Source: Priapulus caudatus (lineage: Eukaryota). From it: DNA of 64,000 nucleotides. The stretch is taken from NCBI RefSeq assembly GCF_000485595.1, contig NW_014577072.1:1050978-1114977 (forward strand), given 5' to 3'. Below the pieces are notes generated by a model. The model was not told the origin of the DNA. It was given only the letters and a program-made list of their open reading frames with translations, and searched no databases. Each line of letters begins with the position of its first letter. Within the stretch, counting starts at the first letter, position 1. A program made the position numbers and the translations under genes. Of the stretch, positions 38,465-54,300 are shown in pieces.

Positions 38465-40815
38465 CTAGCGATGGACCTAGCGATAAGCGAGTGTGTCGAA
38501 GGTAGCTTAACGCTGGTTCACGGCGTACGCCCGTCCGAAACGATATTGGCCACAACAAGAATAGTGATTGCACAAACGAAAGTGAGAATGAGAGCGAGAA
38601 AAAAAGGCAGGAGAGAGAGGGAGATAGAGAGAGAGAGATAGTGGGAAAGAGAGCGAGAATGAGTGAAAACGCATCGGAGAGAGAAAGCTGACGCGAGAGT
38701 TAAGGGGAGAGTACGAGCAAGCGTACACAAGGGCAAGAGAGAGTAGGAGGAGAGGATGGATGAGAAGGAGGAGGTGATGGGGGAGAAGGAGGAGGAGGGG
38801 CGGAGGAAGACAGAAGAAGCTGAGGAGGCGGATTAGTGAGCGAGAGTAAGAGCAAGCGCACGCACTGCCAGTGATTGCCACTATTTTACATCTGATCTAC
38901 GATTTTCGTGCTTGGTTGTCGGACTCACTGTGGACGCTTTGAGATGCGTATGCTTCTTCACTTACAACGTAAAGCGAGGTTTCTTGTGCTAACATTGCGC
39001 ATAGCTTCACTGACTTCAGATCTTTTTCAACTTTAATAATAATATCGAAGACAAAAAGACACTTATTTTTCATATATGGTATTAAATCTTCGTGGGCCGC
39101 AAAAATTCAAGTAAATAAAAGTGAACGCGCGTGTGTAGATGTCAAGATTTTATAGACGATAATTATTATGTGCTCTTAATGTTTTTTTTACATGGTAACC
39201 CTGTCGCTTTTATACGGGAATCTCATTACGTATATAGTTTCCATTACCACGGTTCACATCTTGGCTGTTTTTCTCCGATTCTCAACATGAATTTTTCCGA
39301 CTTATCTTCTTTGTAATCTGCTAGACGTATACGGCGCATCTTTTGTGTATACACACGCATTCATGTGCCGCCGTTCGGTTTTCATCATCGGGGCCCGCTG
39401 GCGTTGACAAAAGAATGACCCTTGTGGTCGACTGCCATCCACTAAGAAGTTGAGACCGCGCAAGAATATGGGGCGAACAAGGCGAAACGCTTCATGCTTA
39501 ACCTCCCTGTCTGATTAGCCTGTGAAAGTTTGCACTCTCACAAGCACGCTATGCCGGTTCCACCCACGCTGTCATCAACCCAGATAGAAAGTTGTTAGCT
39601 ACTGAGATCGACCCCTACTGCCCTGCTTCTGTCGGCCCATTACACAATGGGAGTATATAGCTGCATTATCAAGTGAATCGACTAGTGCCTCGGACTTCGC
39701 GTATATGTGCGGGTCGTACAGACAGTCTTTACCGCGATATATATATATATATGAATATATATATATATATATATGCCTCTTACAATTTTGACACTGCGCC
39801 TTTTATTTTGATTAGTATTCCTGATTGACAATATTGTGCTAACACTATATCTGTCGCGAAGAACACTCGCGTGTTTTTCTTGCGTGGATACAGTGAACCG
39901 TATTATCGCTATTCGCCGCTGTCCGGTGAGCCGCGGCCATAACCTTGATATAGCTTTGGTATAACTTACCTGTCTCACTATAAAGTTATATTCCCTTCAC
40001 GAGAACGTATGTGATATGTATTACTTGAGGCTACACGATGGCAACATGGCCGTTGCTACCGTACAGTATGCGTCGGAATCGAGAATTCGCACGAGTCGAC
40101 GCGGTACATATATGTAGGCAAGCAAATCGCCCACCGTACTCCACCCTGTAGTAGACTACTAGATTAAATGATGGCCACTTACCCGGGGCGACGATAGGGC
40201 GATATAAACACAACAAGAATTGCTCACACTCTCCAGATCTGTCATGCATATTTTGAAGCAGATTAAAGATATTAGAAACTGGTCAGTCAGCTAATTGTAA
40301 AATAAATCTCAAAGAAATCCGCCACTATTTTATCGTTAATATACTTCTAATTACAAGTTACATCGCCTTCTTACGTAGAATAGAGACATGCAAACGAACA
40401 TAACATTTACATCAATAGCGTGCTCGCAATTTACCTACTATTTTAGGTGCCTGCTAAAAAATTGATTTTGTACAAATTTCAAACTGCATCTGCGTAATTT
40501 GTTGCTATAGCAGAGCTGATTGTGAAATCAGTGGAGCAAACGTCATAGCTAGAATAGCCTTGGAGAACACTAATTTTATTACGGTACTACGGCTATAGAT
40601 CGGATGTAGAATAGGACGCAGATACAGCCTTGTGACTGTTATCGCTGGCATACCTAGCTGTTACCTTTTACCCGTCTGTCGTGCGTGCAAATGCTAGAAC
40701 ATTCCTGGGCTAGGCCTGGTCGATGCTCGATTGCTTACCAACCTTCAACCTTGTAGCAAAGCAAATCACCTACCAGAGTGGCGGGCTCGAGAAAACTGTG
40801 TGGGTGTCTGCATGA

Positions 40816-40850
<35 letters not shown>

Positions 40851-41184
40851 CCTGGAGTAGAAGATGACAACCTATATATGCAAGTCATGACGTAAAGTAT
40901 CATAGCCAACCCCGATGTGCGTACGCTTGTAATGGGACAAGCGAACGCGAGCAGCTGCGACCGTTACCGGATAGCTGTTGCTGCTTGCATTCGGCATCAG
41001 GTGCTATATAGTTTATCTCTTTCATCTGGGAACGAATTCAGGCCAATAATTGTACTCTGGGAGAATGCTGCCCAAAGTACACCTACAAGATTACTTACAC
41101 GATTGTAACATAATCTTTTCATTGCAACCTCGGTTCTTCACTGGCTAACGCTCCATTAGGAGCGTTCCCAACTNNNNNNNNNNT

Positions 41185-41215
<31 letters not shown>

Positions 41216-44160
41216 CGCGCGTGTGTGTGTATGTGTGTGTTTCCGGGCGGGCGTGCGTGCGTGCGTGTGTGCGTGCGCGCGAGCGCTTGTGTGTATGTGT
41301 ATAGAAAGATGGGGTGCGAGAGCGAGTGAGAGTACTGTATAAACATAACATATAGTATAGTTACGTCATTGCCGCATATACTGTTATCAGGTGAACCTAT
41401 TGTATTATATTTGATACAATATCTGGGGCGCCTGTCACAAACGGTTTTGTAGGCGAGAGAGAGGTGGCTGTGATAATTACTATAATCATGCGCGGGTCGC
41501 TAATGATATACAATCAGGTGAGCGGCTGTTGATGCGGCGGATGATGACAGTGTTAAATGTAGTATGAGTCAATAAAGACGGTCGGTCTAACGCGGTCAAT
41601 GGATTTGTTATCGTTCGGGCGACTGTTAGATTCGGAAATACTCGTTACGTATTGTAGTGGTGGCTATATATTGTCCTATATAAGTTACTATATAAGTACT
41701 ATATATAAGTTACTATATATTATACTATATATAAGTTAGTATAAGTTCCTACATAAGCTATCCATAGATATTTTTACTCGTGGCTAATTATATAAATGTC
41801 AATAATAGGAAGACAATATATCCGGCGTAACTTCAACACTGTTTTATAACGCCTTCCTGGATTTGTGAAATACGACTAGATATATCGCGTGTAGCTAGGC
41901 TTCTACTTTGTGAAACACATAAAATAACGAGCCGTGGTTATTGCTAATAATAGCAGCTAGGTTTCTGTATGAAGATTGGCGGTGACGTCCCGTGTACGAT
42001 CTATTGCAGGGCTTATAGAGAAGGCAACCTTCGATGTGCATCTACAGAACTCAGTGAGCAGCAGGACGTCGGCGCGGGCCAAGAAAGAGTCGGTGTCGGC
42101 GCTGGTCTCTATCGAAGCGACAAAATTGCTAGCAGAGCGGTACAGTAATATTTTCCATTCGATATAGTTTGCTTCGATTCACCTCCGAATTTCATCTACG
42201 CGTGACTCACTTGTTCCTCCTGTCGACCCTCTCACTTTCCGTTCCCTCTGCGTTCGGCCTGAGATTAGCTCAGATTTAGCGCCCTACTAGTCGAGGGGGC
42301 GCGTCAATCGCCACGCTTCACTGAGCGCCGTCTACATTCCTATTCCGTGGCTACGTGCTGGTGACTATTTCACTGTAGTTTACGACGGCGGTCGGATCTG
42401 TCATCGTCATTTTATACGGGTTTTTAGGCGGGAATTTTTAATAATATGGCACGACGTTATCGATAACAAAACACGTAATGCTGTCCGGTTAATATTGTAA
42501 CTATAGGCCAGACGTAGCAGCTAATTTGTATCGCGTGCCAGGTAATAATTATAATTGTAATCGTCGACCTCCTAGTATAGCAAGTAACTTCATATGCGTC
42601 GCGGTGATGGCTCACGTTTCAACATCAAAACGGGTTTAAAGTAAAATTACACCGACTCGATGAAAGGCGATGTGTGTAGTAATACAGCAGTGAGTGCTTA
42701 ATGTGGTATCACGCACCGGCCATCCATTGTTGTCATTGTTGAGTGAGTATGCGGAGGAAAAAGTAGTGCCGATTACAACACGATGGCTTAGAACAACCTC
42801 ATACTGTTTCATAAACTATGGCCGTATGTAGTAGCGTCATCGCACGTAACATTTATGGACGTCCTGTGTACGTGCGTGTGCGTGGTCGTGTACGGACGCG
42901 TTCGCGTGCGCGCGTGCGCGTGTGCGTGCGTACGCGTGTAAGTAATGGCAGAGGAGCATGATAAGTCGATTATAACAAATATTCATCAATTACAATGTGA
43001 TTTTTGTGATAGCGTTTTAAGGTATTCTATTTCCATACGCCATTTAAGTAAGGAATTCGTAGAGCATTCGCACTGTATACAGGATATATACGGTAAGGCC
43101 AGTTGTACCGTAAGCAGTCAACTTAGTGGAACACAAAGGCGTTCATTGCTCTTTGCTCTGGCACTGTACACACACGAACGATCATAAATCCACTGATCTG
43201 CGACTATGTAGCTTTTCAACGTTTTTCTTTAGCGTTTTAGAAAACAAACAGAACAAAGACTCATATAGAGCGTTGTTGCACGATGGAGATCAGAGGACAT
43301 GCCCCGCCTTGGATAGAGAAGTGATTTTGTAGAGAATACAATATTAAGTTTATTGGTTGAGTTAACTATTGTTTTCCGTTAACTTATCATGCCTCATCGC
43401 CATATTTGCCTCTGATACGTATCCATCGTGGGAGTATTGGAACAGCAGATATTTGGTTCTATCTCTGGTTTCTGATTATTGATTGACTCTTGCTCTGATT
43501 GCTCACTCACTGCCTTAAGCGACATGACTCATCGGATGGGAGCAGGAGGTTAGCAGTAAATTATTGTTGCACCATGACATTAAGTAACACGTAGGTAAGA
43601 TCAAGAGTAGATAATAGGAGATTCTCCTATTATCTACACTTGGTAAGATGTTAGGGAGCACCCCTTTAATTCAATTCAACGATTTAGATCCGGAAAATTC
43701 CTGAATGATTTTATCTTCGCTTTGCGGATTTGAACATGCAGCCTACGCGTCAGATTGGATGGCACCACTATCCAACCATAAACACACCTCGGCTGATTCC
43801 GCACCTAGCCACCTACATTCATACAATTGTACTGATAGACATACTAGTATAATAATTCTATGACTACGTCTTACGTAATCAACGTAACGAAATAAAGCAG
43901 AGAAGCGGATTCGTCCGAGGTTTGCCGAAGGACCATGCGGGTGGGGGAAAACATCAAACGGTAACATTACGAGAAACAAATCTGTCGACAAGAATAATTA
44001 CAGTTGATCATCGGCATTTTGTCGCGTGTAGCACGAGTCTGTGAGCCGCCACGAGTGTGTGCCGATCTCTCCGTAACCGCGTTAACCTATTTTCTCTTCT
44101 AATGAGTCAGAGAGAGAGAGAGAGACAGAGAGAGACAGACAGAGAGAGAGAGAGACAGAC

Positions 44161-44198
<38 letters not shown>

Positions 44199-45553
44199 CG
44201 CGCGCAATAGCAAGAGCGAGCAAGAAAGAGCGAGTAAGAGCGGGAAAGAAAAAGAGAGAGCGTGTGCGAGAGAGGGCGAGAGAGAGAAAACGAGTCTATC
44301 TAGTCTATCGAGACAGATCGGGAGAAGTATGAAACGTTGAGAAACTGTGCAAAATAGCACTCATGTTTGGGAAGAGCAGCAATTTCACAAGAATGCGCTA
44401 AAAGAGCTGGATGGCTTAAAGGCGGCCAAGAGAAACTCAAGAACACTAACAAAAAAACTCGAGACTGCGACAACATTACTAGGGCGCGTCGTTGTTTATT
44501 GGCATGTGTATTTGCGCGTGCGAATTTGTAGTAGGCCTATACATGTGTGTGGATAGGTAGGACACCGGCACGTGTGGGTGTGGATGGGAGAATGGGGGCC
44601 GAAAGCGGTACAGCTGAGGAGGCTCTGCATTTCTGTAGCAACCTTCGACAATGTCCGGAGGCAAGGCCACAAAAGATGGAAAAAAAGATTTTCTTCATAA
44701 AGCTTGATTTTATTTGTCTCGTGTAATCAGCTCTTAGTGCCGTGTTATTAAGTAATTATTCTGTAGGGCACTTTGCCACCTCTCAGGGAAACATGTCGAC
44801 AGTATCTGTACGACAAAATGTTAAGCTTAGATTAGCTTAGATTAGCTTCTAAGTGCCATATTGTTATTGTAAATCCGACCACACTACGCGTGAAACTGTA
44901 ACCTGATAAGAGGTGCTTCAAAATCTCTTGATATAAATATTCCGGTAGTGGTTCTATTGTCGTCTGTCTGTAATTGAGTACTTTAGTATCGTGGGTAACA
45001 CCAGCGATCTGCTGTCGTTACCCACCGTCCCCTTCTTATACATATACGTTCAAGAAGTGATATATCAGATAATCCTGGTAACTAACAATACACTTTCAAC
45101 AATACAGTGTGTATTGTTGAACACCTTCTAACAATACACTGTGTATTGTAGTAGGTAGCCTAACAACTCGTGTATTTAAATTCAATTTCATTTTCATATA
45201 ATTCAATAAAATCAGATCAAATAATTTCAATAAAATTCATTAAATAAATGGTCAATTCAAGTTTACAATCAAAAGTTAAACTAATTAAAAAAAAGGAAAA
45301 GAAGAAAGATGATTGTTAGAAAGTGTTCAGCATAAACAGTGTATTGTTGTAAGCTCATAGGGTACCTACTGACATAACAGTGTATTGTGTTGAAAGCTCA
45401 ATAGGTACCTATACAATTACACAGTGTTTGTTTAAAAAGTGTTCACAGATACACAGTGTATTGCAATGCTAAACATGCAACACAGCTGTGTATTGTTAGT
45501 TAGCAGGATATATCCTGGATATAGTATAGTATATATGTATATATGTATATATA

Positions 45554-45595
<42 letters not shown>

Positions 45596-48326
45596 GTATA
45601 TGTATATGCATATGTATATATATATATATGTATATATTTATACATTTATATATGTATATGTATATGTATTACGCGTGAGTATTACAATTATAATATTAGC
45701 CTTAGTCATCATCACCACGGCATGCAAAGAATCACCTCTTAGCATTATCTGCATAATAATGAGAGATTCGGTCAATAAATGAGCGACCTTTCTGATCCGG
45801 TACTTTTCATATGTTATCTCAGGTTTGCGAGACGGCAAGGTGCACAATTACCGTAAAAAACTCGATCACCTTGGATTTTTGTAAACGCTATACGATGCTA
45901 AAGGGGTGATTATATGCACTCATGCATCAGGGATTACATAAAACCACTGATAATTTGATAGTACCCCCAGTCTAAATACCAATGCATTAAAACGTAAACA
46001 GGTTATGGGGTGTTTAAAAACGCGTTTATACGGTCTTCACACTAGGGAAGGGTCGCCGCCCAATTTCTTCTAAAATCGCGATGATTCATAAATTCGTTAC
46101 ATAATAATTTAAGGACATACGTATTATAAGTTTAATTTAAAAATCAAAAGTTAATCCAGAAATAATGATGCAGCGAAAATAGCATGCATTATTGCTAATG
46201 TATACATTATATTTCTTGTGTTGATTTTCACAAGTCTGTTGGTGGGCGTGCATACCATAATGAACCCAAATGTTTTCGTATAGATTATTAATACGGTTGA
46301 TTATTATACATAAGAAATGGTCATATTATATATGATCTTGAAATATTATGTGTATATGCTTAGTACGAATGGTATAACATTTAACAATAATTGCTGAAAG
46401 TTTCATGAAGGTTCGTTCACGAGCGAGAATCTTTGCCATCATTATTCCTCGTGTCGATCATTCTTCGTCATTCGGCTGTTCATTATAAACGAGTCATCGC
46501 CTAAACATTGCTCTCCAACCAGCACTATTGATCTTTAACCTCGGTTTAAGACGCTTCTTGTCCGTAAAGTGGAAGTCTACTGTCGATCGTTTCTCATATC
46601 TGTCTTGTGACGCAAAGAAACCGTTTAAAGTTTAACCTTGGTGGGTAGAGCTGGTAGCCGTAGTGCAAACAGCAAGTGTAGCCACAACGATTATAGGCGC
46701 ATAGCGCGTGCCCCGTATGTGTATACAGCTAGTCTTTATGAACGACACTTGCCCTCGTTGGTTTGCGTAACCTCTCTGCAATTCAAAGTAAAAAAGAGCG
46801 GAGTTGATAGCGATCCATGCGAACTAACAGGAGTTGCTCGATCAGCACAATTCCTCCGTTAATTGGCAGTTTATAGCCGATGCTAGCTATAGTTACACTT
46901 AGGTGAGACGTATACTCGCGTCACTATGTGCTTACGCTTGCAATTTATTATAGTCATAACCAATGAGCATCTAAACTATATCCTATATGTATTTCATATA
47001 TGTTACTGTCATATGCGTTATTTAGGAAGGATTTAAATGATCAATCATGCTCCGTGACTGTTTGAACTACATAACAGTATATGCCCCAAACTTTTCCCCG
47101 TGGCCAATAACGGACAGTTTCACCCACTTTATGTTCGGCTGATATAATGTTTGAGTTTCGGTTCGAGGCCACGTGTCATGCTGCTCGTATGTATATAGTA
47201 CGTACGGACGGTGTACTATTTGTCTCTGTCATCTCTCGCGAGCTACCCAGGCACTATAACCATGCTCGTGCAGACAAATAGGGATAATTAACGAAGAAGA
47301 TAGCATATCAGCTGAAGAATTTGGTCTCGTGGTAATAATTAACTAGTGCCTTAAATTTGTACTGAAAGTAAATCTTATTTGTAGTGTGCTGACCTACTGA
47401 TACATATGCTAACTTGTGTGTCACGGTGCGGTGAGCGTGCGTGAGTGTTTAAACATCATTTGGAGTACAAAAAGATGTCTTTAAATTTTCACTATGCGAA
47501 AGTTCACAAAATACTTGTACGATTCTTAAGCCTCGGTGTGCTGACCTAATTCTCATCTGTACGTATACACAGGGCTAATGGTGACCCTCTGAAAGCAGTG
47601 CGCGTGGAACTAAAATTGACAGAAAATGTGTACGTCTTCCCCTGACCAATGTTTAAAATATGGGCATAGCTGCAGGGTATAAACCCACAATCAGCTATTG
47701 CCAGTAATTACTTAATTTTTCCTACCCCGTATCACAACATGCGCGTCATCGCCACAGTAAAGATAGCTCGTCTCGATAGACACAATGAAGAGCTAATAAT
47801 TCATTATTATGCATTATTATACGCATATATATGTATATATATATTATATTATATTATATTATATTATATTATATTATATTATATTATATTATCATTATAC
47901 TTAGGTATTATATTATATTATATATAACCACATTATTATGCATTAAACATGTATTATTAGCTCTTGATACAATGTCCAAAGTTCTGCCTGAGTGCACCTC
48001 TTGCACTAGCTGCGCAATGTCTTGGTTGTCTGCATAATATAAAGATCAATGCCATATATATATATTGCACGAAAACTAGTTTCGGCCGTCGTGTTGATCA
48101 TGCATGCATCCACCGGCATCTGTGAGCAGCATACAGATGTGTTGTCTAGAGATGTGTAGTGAATCGTGCTTATAAGGCGCAGGGATGACCTTGGTACGCC
48201 TCCTGCTACGTGCCGATGGCTGCCCGCATCTGGGCTACTCCCATGCAAAACGAATAGCTACACAAATCTATTACAACACGACGCATTTATTAAAACGAGA
48301 AAGAGAAAGAGAGCGTGTGTGTTGGG

Positions 48327-48361
<35 letters not shown>

Positions 48362-51300
48362 TGTGTGCGTGAGTGAGTGCGCACGTGCGTGTGGGAGGGC
48401 GTGCTCGACCATTGTGCTGCTACTTGGTGGTCGTTTACCTTGACCATTTGAGACCCAACGTGACTAAACCATCTGCGCTAAGACGGCTTTCGGGCGAGAC
48501 TGCTGCTATTTGGAATTTCATCCGGCAGGTAAAAAGCCCGGGTTAGAGAAGTGTACTTTCCATTTAATCTTGCCGCCATGAAGATCTCCGCCTGTCAGAC
48601 TGATTCCAGATAGCAGCAGTCTCGCTCGCAAGCCGTCTTAGCGCAGATGGCGAGTCGCGATTAACGCGCTTAATTCTTACTAACCAGAGTACTATAAAAT
48701 TGAAAAGAACGAATTTCTCGCGTGTATAAATTACGTCAGGTGCCACGCATTGCTGAGTTTTAAGTATTTTCGCGACGAGTAGTAACAGCATTAAATACAC
48801 ATGTATCACACGCACGATGCACAATTCATGAAACGCAATGTCGTGTATGCATGAAAAGGGTGCCGCCAGTCAAGCTTAGCCGACAGTACAAATAATTACA
48901 ATTCGCAGCACTTTCAGCTGAAAACGTAATAGAATCGAGACAAATAACCGGGTTTTAAACCTCGGTCGGTTGCGTTACAATAGTCATCGTCAACCTCATC
49001 GGATGCCGGAGATCAGGTGGCTGCATGCGGTTACAATATTGATCGGAGCTCCCTCTCCTCACCGGTCGCACATGCACAAGGCTATCAGCATGAAAGCGCG
49101 TCTACCGTGCAGTTCCCATAATTTTATGACCAATTCATGCGAGTGAACTACTATCAAGAGCTAATAATAGCTAGCTATTAGATATTATTAGCTTAGATAG
49201 CTTAGATATTATTAGCTCTTGCTACTATCTACTATCTACTTATCGAATTGCGACTAGACCTTACTGACGGCGTATGATGGGATTGTTACGCGCCTGTGCT
49301 TTGTGTCTGTGGTAGATGTCTACCCGCAGCTCGTCGCTGTGGGCTGTGGTAAACGATGCATCTAGGGATTCTAGGAGGACATTGCATTCGTACTCCAGCA
49401 ACGCTCATAGGTTCTATGTCCTCCAGGGTACTGCCGGAACGTACCCTGGGTACGGTCCGGTATACCGGAACGTACCCTGGTAACTATTTGATATGGTTAG
49501 GGTTAGGGTTAGGGTTAGGGTTAGAGTTAGGGTTAGGGTTAGGGTTAGGGAGTAGGCGTAAGCGACTCCCTAGACTCGTTAGTGGAGTAGGCGAGGTACG
49601 GTCCGGCATATTAGATAGTACCAGGGTACGTTCCGGCAGTACCCTGGGGGACATAGACCCTCTCAGCTCCAGCAACTCTAAGCATATGTGAGATGCAATG
49701 ATATAAAATCGTAGTTTTCTGTCACGAGGTCATATTATATGGAAACACGACAGCAGACAAAAAATCCCACAGACCCTCCGAATGGTGATAGGTTTCTCTT
49801 TTGAAATATTTCGGGGATTCTGGTTCGATTCTACTGACGTAGCGGCTATACGTATCGATATTGGAGAATCGTATTCGAGTACCCTACTTCCACGCATATT
49901 TACGCCTACTTCACTGTGTACATAGCGTAGTAAAGTCTTATATATACATATAAGTAGTATAGTCTTTATCACCCTATATGGATATGATATAGGGTTATCT
50001 AACCCTAACCCTAACCCTTCATCCCCTTCTTTATCATTTTCCGCTCCTATGTCCTCTCGCGGCTTTACTACGTAGTACGTTACACCCGGTTACCATATAC
50101 GTTAACTTCACCTTTACTGTCTGGTATAGGGTTGCTCATAGTCCGGGTTTCCTCTGACCAATGCCCACACCGACGATTTGTGGTGAATTTGGTGTGGGTT
50201 TTGGTTAAACACACGCCAAATCAACCAAAAATCGTCGGTGTGGGCATTGGTTAGAGGAAACTCGGACTAGGGTGTTCATTGCTAATATATTGAATACATT
50301 CATCACTAATTCTGCTCTACATCAATGAATTCCGCGCAATCGTTGCGCATGTTTAGACCCCGGCCATTTACAGCTATATAACAAGCCGACATGTGTAAAA
50401 AAGAATGCTCAACCCACGTGTCCAAATTGGTGGATGTTATTGAACAACATATATAGCGCATATATATATTATTTTTTTAATCCATTACGTGTCTGCTTAC
50501 AGATTGGGACTTGACGTCAACGACGTTGCGAACCTGCAGCTGTTGAATCTGACGAACACGCTGCTGCACGACGTGTGTCCGTACACGGCCATCATCCCGC
50601 CGTGCGTGCCTGAGAGATACCGCACCGCCGACGGCTACTGTAACAACGCGGTCAACCCGCGATGGGGAAGTTCGCACGTCAACCTGCGCAGGATGGCGCC
50701 ACCGGCGTACGAAGACAGTAAGTGCACGCACGAATCGTAAATCGCGGGAAGATGAAGGGGGTCGGGGAAGAGAGAACTTGCGGGAGCCAAAGAATGAGTA
50801 TCCCGTGCTCTCACGAACATAATTACAAGAAGAAGCCCAAAATGACGGACCGCCACAAACTCTGATATACAGTCGCGAAAACTAAACTATAACAGCGTGC
50901 TATGAACATTTTTTACGACGATTTCGTAACGAAATTATTCTCACTCCAGGGGTACAGCGATCCTTCACAATGGGGGGCCCTACGCTGCTCGCTGCCAGCT
51001 GAAGTCTCTTGCTCTGGCTTGCAGGTGTATTTGTGCCGTAATGTCCGTGCCCTACCTTCATTTCAGACGTCGACTTTATGCGTACGAGAAGCGTGGACGG
51101 CTCCCTGCTACCTTCGCCACGGGTTGTCAGTCTTGGAATGCACCCCACGGACAGCGATCTTCACGGCAAGGTGAATACACCTATAGCATCCCAAACGTTC
51201 CCGCCACTAAAATACCAGTAACGTCCATACATATATGACTCGTCGCCTGCTTTGTCGTTTGGAGGGAGATCATTCGGATTTTTCGGAACTTTTGGCGCTC

Positions 51301-54300
51301 CAAAAACACCGGTGTTAGCTTCAAAAAGCGGTCTCAATATTAATAGTAATAACAGTGATATATGTTTAGTATAAGTATCGGTATTAGGGCATTGGACCAA
51401 AATTAGTTTATCGTTTTGCTTCATAATCAGTCGTATAGCCACGTCGGGCCAATGTGTTCGCTATCATAGGAGTGTCCGTTTCCCATATAGTAGCCGGTGC
51501 ATGACGTCTTTTGTTATAGAACATGTGCTGTTGTGAATGCCGTGTCATGTCTCATGCATTCTGCAGGTATCGGTGATGGTAATGCAGTGGGGTCAGTTTC
51601 TGGATCACGACATCACGCACACTCCAATCATGACAGGTAACAATTAAGGGAGAAGCATGTTGTTGTCAGATCTGATCACGTAGAGACTTTGACATCCGAT
51701 ACACGTCAGAATGGTAACCGGTATTTTATATATTTGTAATGACCTAGCTCCATGCAGATGCTAATGTGTTATGCATGTCTGCAGATTCTAACAGCCAGGC
51801 TATAGACTGCTGCCAGGAGGATTCCGCTCTTTATACGGGCTGTCAGCCGATAGTAGCGCCACCAGATGATCCCTTCTACTCGGAGCACCGGGATTTCTGC
51901 ATTAATTTCGCACGATCAACACCGGCGCCCCGATTCGGGTGTGCCTTAGGTATGCATACCGCCAGATAAAAATTGACAGTTGGCTGCACGGCCAGCAAAG
52001 AACGAAGTCGATGCATGGAGAGCCTATCGGCTTTAATGTTACCCGAGTAAACCGGCCTCTTATGGACCTTTTTACCAGTGGTTTTCGGGGACACACTACT
52101 CACGCGGATAAAAAATATTTAGCTACGTATATGTGAATAAAAAAGCCGTATTTATAATTGAGTAATGCGTGTACTGATCGAGAAGGTAAACGGTAATTTC
52201 TAGTGTGCGCGAAATGAGTATTCACCGAGAAACTTTCCACGGTCCATAAGTCCATGACGGCTAGGCGGAACAGCATTCTAAGCAAGCCGGATTAACGCGG
52301 CAGGGGGAACAGCTCAGTTATATTCTTGTTGTTCCTCGTTACCAGGTCACCGAGAGCAAATGAACATTCTTACATCCTTCATTGATGGCTCACAGGTGTA
52401 CGGTAACACGCAATCGACAGCCGACACCCTTAGAGAAGGAGAAGGAGGTGAGTTGGCTATAGGCGTTGGTCGCTATTTCATCTTACCAGATGGGGTTACG
52501 CAAGGTTGGCCACTCGCAGATCACGTATTGTGTTTTCCGTTATTGCGAAATTGTGTAAGCTTTGCGCAATCGCTTGTTTCCGTGAGCGTTTTTGAACGCG
52601 CGGTGTTGACATCAGTGTTTATTGATCATTGGATTAACGATTTACATTTCATGATACGCAGGTAGATTAAAGGGAAAGCCGCATCCTGCTGGCAGCCATT
52701 ACAAGCACCTACTCCCATCAAATAAGGACAACGCCGACTGCAAGCGTATCTCTAAGAGCGACAAGTGTTTCCTAGCTGGTAAGCACTTGTCATACATACC
52801 GTGTACTTTATATACATCATGCACGTAGACGTACGCACGCACGCACGTACGCACGCACACACACACACGCGCGCGCGCACGCACGCACGCACGCACACTC
52901 ACTCACTCACGTACATTATAAAGACGTGTGAGTATGTGGGCACCTGCGTGGGTGCGTGCCACTGAGTGCGAGTGCGTGTGCGTGTGCGTAGCGATGAGAC
53001 ACCTACAACTGTCTACATTTCATCGACATAATACGTACAGGGGTACCTAACCTGCGGTTCTCTACCGGTAGGTGACGACCGAGTAAACGAACATGTCGGA
53101 CTCATGTCTATGCACACCGTCTGGATGCGAGAGCACAACCGCATCGTTGCCGAGCTGGAACGCCTTAATCCACACTGGGACGACGAGCTGCTCTATCAGG
53201 TATGTACGGATACCGTATAGGTTACTTATAGTAGGGAAACCTGTAATTTACATAAACGACTTCATAGCATATCTATATGGTAGTATAATTTAGCAAGTAT
53301 ACATACAGCAATTTACTATTACTTGTATAGAGAGAAGGGGAAGGGGGGATAGGGAGATGGGGAAAATGAAAAATATGCGGTTACTGATTATGATTATTTT
53401 TGAATCACACAAAGAGGTGTTATAGTGGCATGAAAACAGTTCACATGATCACATCGATGCGGCGATTGTTCAGTAGAGTAATCTATTCTAAATGTCGCAT
53501 GTAAACTCTAATGCAATAGAATCGAAGGAAATTGTTTACCTAAAAGACTGCCTAATACACACCAAAGCCAGTTTGTGGTTCACATAATCAGAAGTTACAA
53601 AAACCAGCGCGCATGCAGCTGTCATAGTGACATTATGCCATTTTCTGATGCTTATCGTGGCACAGGAAGCAAGAAAGATCGTAGGAGCGGAACTTCAGCA
53701 CATCACATTCAGTGAATGGCTTCCGATTGTACTCGGAAGAGAGGAGATGAGCCGTCACGCCGAGGATCTATCACTGGTACGTTTTCACTAAAGCTATACG
53801 TGACGTTGCAGTATATCTACAGACGGCACTCGTGTCTTTGTCGAGCGACACTGTTTGTCTAAAAGAACCCATGAGACCTTGAGATCACGCGTGAACACCC
53901 TTCACTTTTTCTATTTATTTTTCTTAATAGCAGGATGAACAATTATGAAATCGATCGAGTCCTAACATTTGTCAACTGACTATAACTCGAGCATTAATAA
54001 ATTACATATGTAGTGCTTAGTTTAGCGTTAATATTTCCCTGTGTCACGTCCACGATGACGAATGACTGAGGTTTACTTTCTTCTCGTGCAGGCGAAAGAT
54101 GGCTATTACGATGGCTACGATATTAACAGAGACCCAGGAATCTACAACGAGTTCGCGACGGCTGCGTTCCGCTTCGGCCACACCCTCATTCCCAGCTTCC
54201 TCAACCGTGTGGATCCGCCACTGACGCACGCTGAACCGCTGTTAATGCGCAATGCCTTCTTCAGCCCTTCCACGATCTACCGAACGGACGCCACCGGTGG

